From: an uncultured bacterium
GTDB taxonomy: Bacteria; Fidelibacterota; UBA2242
Direction of reading: 5' to 3'
Length of the DNA stretch: 64,000 bases
Assembly: GCA_964576275.1 (NCBI GenBank)
Contig: CAZNUN010000003.1
Location: 136,730 to 200,729 of the forward strand
Shown piece after piece: positions 58,832 to 64,000 of this stretch. Position 1 is the stretch's first letter. The number at the start of each line of letters is the position of its first letter. Made by a program: the position numbers and the translations under genes. The notes beneath the pieces are model-generated. The model was not told the DNA's origin. It was given only the letters and a program-made list of their open reading frames with translations, and made no database searches.

Positions 58832-60079
58832 TTGCCTACGAATAAATTACTTATAAACGATACTGTGTCTCTTGCAACCAAATTATGCGGTCAAGAGTAT
58901 GCAGAAAAAGTATTATCGCTTCGCAATGAACGTGAGCGCATTTTACATAATATATGGCGGGAAGGAGCTTTTCCGGAAGAATTTGAGCCGCACCGTAAAG
59001 AGGCCTTCTACCGGGATATTGACTTCGATACCGCCGTTCATTATGCCAGAAAATGCCTGAATGATACAAAATATCTGAAATTTTTATACGGCGTAGCTGA
59101 ATCTGCAATTAATTATGGCGAATTAAATAAAGCTGAACACCTTTTAAAACAAATCACAGATCATTTTGAAAATCATGCAGATTATCAATTGCTTTCCGAT
59201 GCCCATTTTAAATTAGGAAATGTTACTTTCCTTAAGAATGATTTTAAAACTGCGGATAAGGAATTCACCAAAAGTCTCCAATATTATCATAACGTTCAGA
59301 ACCCCCGTGCTTCGGCGATGGTAACAAACGCACATGGTATTTTAAAGGTCAATCTAAATCTGATTGAGCAAGGTATTGCGCTTTTTAATGAGGCTATCAA
59401 ACTTGCGCAGCAGGTTCATGATGATGAAACGCTTGCCAATGCATATATGAATTTAGGTAATGCAAATCATCTAAAGGGGAATTGGGATAAGGCGATGTCT
59501 TTTTATAAAGAAGCCTTAAAACTGTTTGGCGTTAAGGATCATAAGATCAATCTAGCCTATATCTATTTGAACCTGGCGATTTCCTTTAAATCCAAGAACG
59601 AGATGACGCAGGCCAAGAGCCATTTGCAGAAAACCTACGATCTTATCAAGGAGACCAATAACAAATATCAAAAGGGTTTGGCCTATCTGCTGGACGCCGA
59701 ATTGCATTTCATGGATGCCGATCTGCCTTCGGCCACCGCCCTGGTGACTTCGGCATTCTCGATTTTCAGTGAGATTGGCGATCGTTTGAGTGTCGCGGAA
59801 GCTTATAAGATCATGGGTATGATCAATCGCAGAAACAAAGAATATGAAATTGCTAATTCGTTCTTCGAGAACAGTCGCCGGATCAATGAAGAGCTTGGTA
59901 ATTTTCCGAATCTTGGAGAAACCTTAGTCGAAATGGGTTTGCTGTATGAGGAAACCGGCGATTTGACCAATGCCCTGAAATCTATGAATCTGGCCTCTGA
60001 TTACTTTAAGAAAATTGAAGCTGACGAGAGGATTAGAACGGTACTCGGACATATTGACCGGTTAACCGATAAAAAGTGA
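58832..60079 (+). CDS. tetratricopeptide-repeat protein
   Basis: TTG start. Multiple TPR-like 34-aa repeats (e.g. 'AYMNLGNANHLKGNWDKAMSFYKEALKL'). Confidence 0.6.
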   Translation: MPTNKLLINDTVSLATKLCGQEYAEKVLSLRNERERILHNIWREGAFPEEFEPHRKEAFYRDIDFDTAVHYARKCLNDTKYLKFLYGVAESAINYGELNKAEHLLKQITDHFENHADYQLLSDAHFKLGNVTFLKNDFKTADKEFTKSLQYYHNVQNPRASAMVTNAHGILKVNLNLIEQGIALFNEAIKLAQQVHDDETLANAYMNLGNANHLKGNWDKAMSFYKEALKLFGVKDHKINLAYIYLNLAISFKSKNEMTQAKSHLQKTYDLIKETNNKYQKGLAYLLDAELHFMDADLPSATALVTSAFSIFSEIGDRLSVAEAYKIMGMINRRNKEYEIANSFFENSRRINEELGNFPNLGETLVEMGLLYEETGDLTNALKSMNLASDYFKKIEADERIRTVLGHIDRLTDKK

Positions 60080-60176
60080 TCCTGTTCGATCTGCTTATAG
60101 CCTTTCCGATTTTCATTTTGTAACTTATCGTCCGTGCAAGCGGGCGATAAGTAATTTTTAACAAAACGATACTATA

Positions 60177-61640
60177 ATGGATAAGTACAAATTCATCTTC
60201 GATAAAATCACCGATACAATCCTGCTTTGTGACGTCGATTTCAATATCCAGGAATCAAATTACGCCGCCGAAATATTGCTCGGAGAAGGTGAAAGCCTGG
60301 TCGGTAAAAAATGCCATTCCGTTTTGCGGTTACAAGAACGCCCCTGTCTTGATTGCCCTCTGGCCGACACCTTGAAAAGCGGTGCAATCATCCCGCTGGT
60401 TAAATACGACGAACGGTTTGGGGAATATTTTGAAGAGCGCACCTATCCTGTGGAAAAAACGGAGGGAAGCCTCGATTCCTTTATCATTACCTGTAAAAAC
60501 GTCACCAAGAGTCGCGAGTTGGAAGAGAAATCAGCCCAGCTCAAGAAATTATCGGCTCTAGGGCAAATCAGTTCCGGGGTAGCCCATGATTTTAACAATG
60601 TTCTGACAGTTGTACTGGGGCGGATTCAATTACTTAAAAAACAGATCAAAGACCCATTGATCTTAAACAGTCTGGACATGATCGAGAAGTCAGCGCTGGA
60701 CGGCGCCTCCAAGGTCCGGAAAATACAGGAATTTTCTCGTCCCAAAGAGGGGCGTTTGGATGAGGTCATCGATCTGAACAAGTTGATACAGGAAGTGGTC
60801 GAAATCACGCGTCCCAAATGGGATATCGCCGCCAAAATCAGAGGAATTTTAATTGAACCGATTCTCGATCTGGAAAAGAATCTGTTTATCTATGGCGATT
60901 CGTCCGATCTTCGCAATGCTTTTACCAATATCATTTTCAATGCGGTTGATGCCATGCCGGAGGGCGGCGTCCTCTCTATAAAATCACATTATCAGAACAA
61001 TCAGGTTACCGTCGAATTTATGGATACCGGCATCGGCATGACGGAAGAGGTACAAGAGAAGATCTTCGATCCATTTTTTTCAACCAAAGGAGTACTTGGA
61101 ACCGGACTCGGCATGAGCGAAGTCTGGGGAATAATCAAACGGCATAACGGCCGGATCGTTATTAACAGCCATATTGGCAAAGGCACCACTATCCGGCTGT
61201 TCCTGACCCTGGCCGAAAAACCGGTCGATCAAGATATATCTCAAGTCAGCCAGCAGATCGCTCCCTGCAATATCTTGGTTGTCGACGACGAAGAATATAT
61301 ACTTGAGATTATGAAAGAATTACTCACCGAATTAGGGCATACCGTTACTACCTTTTCGTCGGCACCAAAAGCCTTGGAGCATTTCAGAAAAAATGCCTTT
61401 GATATTGTTCTGACCGATCTGGGAATGCCGGAGATGAATGGTCTGGAGATGGCCGCGAAGCTTAAAGAAATTAAACCTGACACGCTGGTTATTATGATGT
61501 CCGGCTGGGGCTTGAATCTGGATGAAAAAAGCACCACTAACATCGTTGATTACATTATTAATAAACCATTTTCAGTCGAAAAGATCATTTTCATCATCTC
61601 CGAATCAACGGCCAAAATAAAAAAGCTTGCGGGCAAATGA
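60177..61640 (+). CDS. hybrid sensor histidine kinase/response regulator (PAS-HisKA-HATPase-REC)
   Basis: H-box 'SGVAHDFNNVLT', N/G boxes 'NAVDAMPEGG' and 'GTGLGMS', and a C-terminal REC 'ILVVDDEEYILE...LTDLGMPEMNG'. Cytoplasmic, with no TM. Confidence 0.85.
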   Translation: MDKYKFIFDKITDTILLCDVDFNIQESNYAAEILLGEGESLVGKKCHSVLRLQERPCLDCPLADTLKSGAIIPLVKYDERFGEYFEERTYPVEKTEGSLDSFIITCKNVTKSRELEEKSAQLKKLSALGQISSGVAHDFNNVLTVVLGRIQLLKKQIKDPLILNSLDMIEKSALDGASKVRKIQEFSRPKEGRLDEVIDLNKLIQEVVEITRPKWDIAAKIRGILIEPILDLEKNLFIYGDSSDLRNAFTNIIFNAVDAMPEGGVLSIKSHYQNNQVTVEFMDTGIGMTEEVQEKIFDPFFSTKGVLGTGLGMSEVWGIIKRHNGRIVINSHIGKGTTIRLFLTLAEKPVDQDISQVSQQIAPCNILVVDDEEYILEIMKELLTELGHTVTTFSSAPKALEHFRKNAFDIVLTDLGMPEMNGLEMAAKLKEIKPDTLVIMMSGWGLNLDEKSTTNIVDYIINKPFSVEKIIFIISESTAKIKKLAGK

Positions 61641-63376
61641 GACGCGGGCATTTTATTCTTGCAATCATTTTTTTTTCTTTGCTGCAATTGGTTTCCTGCG
61701 ACCGCTCCAGGAAAAGGGTGGATCATCCGGCACCCGTCACAAGCAGTGTTTCCGGCGGCGTTTTGGTCGCCGGCCTGAATGTCGAGCCGGAAAGCCTAAA
61801 TCCAATAACGGCTCTATCTCAGACTTCCCGTAATGTTATCAGGCTGATTTTCCAGCCACTGGCCGTGATCAATCCCGATTTAAAGACCTTCAGCCCGGCC
61901 TTGGCGCGCGCCTGGGAAATCAAACCGGATTTAAGCATCGTTTTTCATTTGCGGACCGATATTGTCTGGCATGACGGGCAACCATTTACGGCTGAAGACG
62001 TGGTTTTTACCCATCAATTGTATATCAATCCAGCGGTGGAATGGGATGGAATTTCATACAAAGAGGATATTGTCAGCGTTACTGCTGTGAATGACTCGAC
62101 TGTGATTTTTCGCTTCCGACAACCGTCCCTGACGATGTTAATGGATGCAGTCGAAGGCGAGATCGTTCCGCGCCACATTCTTGGGAAAGTGCCGCCGGAG
62201 AAGATGTTCGAGTGTGATTTCAACCGTCACCCGATCGGCTGCGGTCCATTCCGGTTCGTCGAATGGCGGCCCCAACAGTTCATTATGCTCGAGAAAAACC
62301 CAGCCTACTACCTCAGAAACAAACCATACCTGGCGCGGGTTGTATTTAAAATTGTTCCGGACAATGTCAGTCTTTATCAGCAATTGCTCGGCGGTGATCT
62401 CGATCTGGCCGAAGGTCTGCTACCGGCTGATTTCGTTCGCCTTCAGGAATTAGCCCGCGATGGTAAAACGGCTTTAAAGCCGGTCAGCTATCTCGGTCGC
62501 CAATATGACTTTATCGGATGGAATCTCGTCGAACCGCAATGTTATCAACGTTTGAGTGATCTGGATTCGGTTCAGAAAGTGAATTTCCCCCAGTGGCTGA
62601 TTCCGCATCATTTATTCGGCGATCGGGTTGTGCGCGAGGCTTTGACTCTGGCGATTGACCGTGATAAGATCACCGCAATTGTTAATGCCGGCCAGGCCAT
62701 TCCGATGCACGGTCCGGTTCCGCCGATTCTATGGGCATATAATCCCGCTGCCAATAAAGTTTGGGCGTATAATCCTGACCGCGCCCGGAAAATTCTGAAA
62801 AACGCGGGCTGGATTGACAGAGATGGTGATGGCATTCTGGAAAAGGATGGCCGTCGATTCTCCTTCGAAATGATTACCAATGCCGGTAATATTCGCCGTC
62901 AGCACGTACTCACCTTACTACAGGAACAATTTAAAGCGGTCGGAGTGGAGATGACGACCCGGACGGTCGAGCCCGGTTATTTGGCGAGCCGGATTATTCC
63001 GACGCGCGATTACGACGCTCTTCTGTTTGGTTGGTCGGTCGGGCTGAAAATGAATCTGACGCCGCTTTTCCATAGCAGTTCGTTCTTTCAGCCGTTTCAT
63101 TTTAATAGTTACTACTCATCCCGCTTCGATTCCCTGGCAGAGAAAGCCAGTAGTACCCTGAATCCGGATTCTGCCCGGCAGATCTGGGATGAAATTGCCA
63201 GTCTGCTATCCAATGATCTGCCTTATACCTGGCTGTATTATAAAATGGAATGTTCGGCTATCCACCGGCGATTCCGGGATGTAGTCGTTGACCAACGCGG
63301 CATGTACAATAATGTCGAAGAGTGGTGGATTCCGCCTGAAGAAAGAACCAATCTTGATCGCCTGGTAACCCCGTAA
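61637..63376 (+). CDS. ABC transporter substrate-binding protein, family 5 (peptide/nickel type)
   Basis: Signal/lipobox 'LLQLVSC' and an SBP_bac_5-like layout. It overlaps the kinase stop by 4 nt. Confidence 0.75.
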   Translation: MRRGHFILAIIFFSLLQLVSCDRSRKRVDHPAPVTSSVSGGVLVAGLNVEPESLNPITALSQTSRNVIRLIFQPLAVINPDLKTFSPALARAWEIKPDLSIVFHLRTDIVWHDGQPFTAEDVVFTHQLYINPAVEWDGISYKEDIVSVTAVNDSTVIFRFRQPSLTMLMDAVEGEIVPRHILGKVPPEKMFECDFNRHPIGCGPFRFVEWRPQQFIMLEKNPAYYLRNKPYLARVVFKIVPDNVSLYQQLLGGDLDLAEGLLPADFVRLQELARDGKTALKPVSYLGRQYDFIGWNLVEPQCYQRLSDLDSVQKVNFPQWLIPHHLFGDRVVREALTLAIDRDKITAIVNAGQAIPMHGPVPPILWAYNPAANKVWAYNPDRARKILKNAGWIDRDGDGILEKDGRRFSFEMITNAGNIRRQHVLTLLQEQFKAVGVEMTTRTVEPGYLASRIIPTRDYDALLFGWSVGLKMNLTPLFHSSSFFQPFHFNSYYSSRFDSLAEKASSTLNPDSARQIWDEIASLLSNDLPYTWLYYKMECSAIHRRFRDVVVDQRGMYNNVEEWWIPPEERTNLDRLVTP

Positions 63377-63382
63377 TCAAGC

Positions 63383-64000
63383 GATGCGGCATCTATTCTT
63401 ATCGCGGACAGGTGAACTCATTTTAGTGGTTTGGTTGGGCATTACCCTGACTTTCTTCGTAATTCACCTGGCGCCCGGCGACCCGACCCTGCGTCTGATC
63501 AATCCAAACAGTTCTCCGGAAATTCAGCAACGTATGATCGGGCGTTTCGGGCTCGATCAGTCCCTGTCTGTACAATATTACCGCTGGTTAAAACAGATTG
63601 TCCTATATGGCAATTTCGGCCATAGCTTTGTTACCGGTCAACCGGCATTGGAACAAGTTTGGGCGGCCTTGCCGGCGACACTGCTGGTCACCGGATTAGC
63701 CCTTCTGTTAGCGGTTGTTCTGGGAGAATGGCTGGGAGTTTTCGCTGCCCGACATCGCGATAGCATTGCCGACCGTATCATCACCGGTCTGATGTTTTTT
63801 TTCTACTCGATGCCGGCTTTCTGGTTGGGTTTGATCCTGCTCGGCTTTTTTGCGGTCAGATTGGGCTGGCTGCCATCCGGCCAGGCCGTGTCTTTGTTTC
63901 ATGACCAAATGAGCATCGGTCAGCAAATTCTCGATTATTTCCGGCATCTGGTATTGCCGGTGATTACACTCGGTTTTTCGATGGCGGCTGTCTTTTACCG
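63383..64000 (+). CDS. ABC transporter permease (OppB/DppB-like), 3'-partial
   Basis: The open frame from ATG 63383 to the window end encodes 'LILVVWLGITLTFFVIHLAPGDP' (the classic DppB N-terminus) and 'YFRHLVLPVITLG' (EAA-loop vicinity). It is not in the ORF track because no stop lies inside the window. Confidence 0.7.

Noticed and set aside
63431-63625. 64-aa ORF 63431..63625
   Set aside because: It is the wrong frame. The same DNA in another frame encodes a classic DppB/OppB permease N-terminus starting at 63383.

Overview
The window is 64 kb of a bacterial chromosome at about 50% GC, densely coding on both strands. The gene content suggests an uncultivated FCB-superphylum-like lineage; this is inference. 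That content includes proteins with type IX secretion (T9SS) C-terminal sorting domains, a PorV/PorQ-like outer-membrane protein, a GldA/GldF/GldG-like ABC transporter followed by a DUF4340 protein, and a Bat-type MoxR/DUF58 module. It also includes TamB with an Omp85 protein, a duplicated TonB/ExbD set with ExbB, and a sigma-54 regulator. Confidently recognised housekeeping genes are lepA, clpB, class A PBP (mrcA-like), thyX, punA, hutI, an acyl-CoA ligase, S41 Ctp peptidase and tRNA-Ser(GCT). No CRISPR array, rRNA or obvious integrase/transposase is present. The findings that merit a second look are listed next. (1) A DPP-IV/S9-type peptidase homolog in which all three catalytic-triad positions (Ser, Asp, His) are substituted, making it a likely pseudoenzyme. 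(2) A roughly 300-bp GIY-YIG nuclease mini-insertion abutting the 3' end of tRNA-Ser, flanked by a 21-bp direct repeat (1 mismatch) and carrying a nested double hairpin. (3) A promoter- and RBS-equipped 69-aa ORF encoding a Tat-signal peptide followed by a His/Pro-rich tail. (4) An ECF sigma factor, a His-rich membrane protein and tandem ICMT-like methyltransferase paralogs, one of them degenerate. (5) A VanX-like D-Ala-D-Ala dipeptidase coupled to a beta-lactamase-fold serine hydrolase. (6) A hyper-acidic zinc-ribbon protein next to a DUF3467 gene. I did not identify a multi-gene system that is clearly 'novel'; the items above are the best candidates and are graded accordingly.
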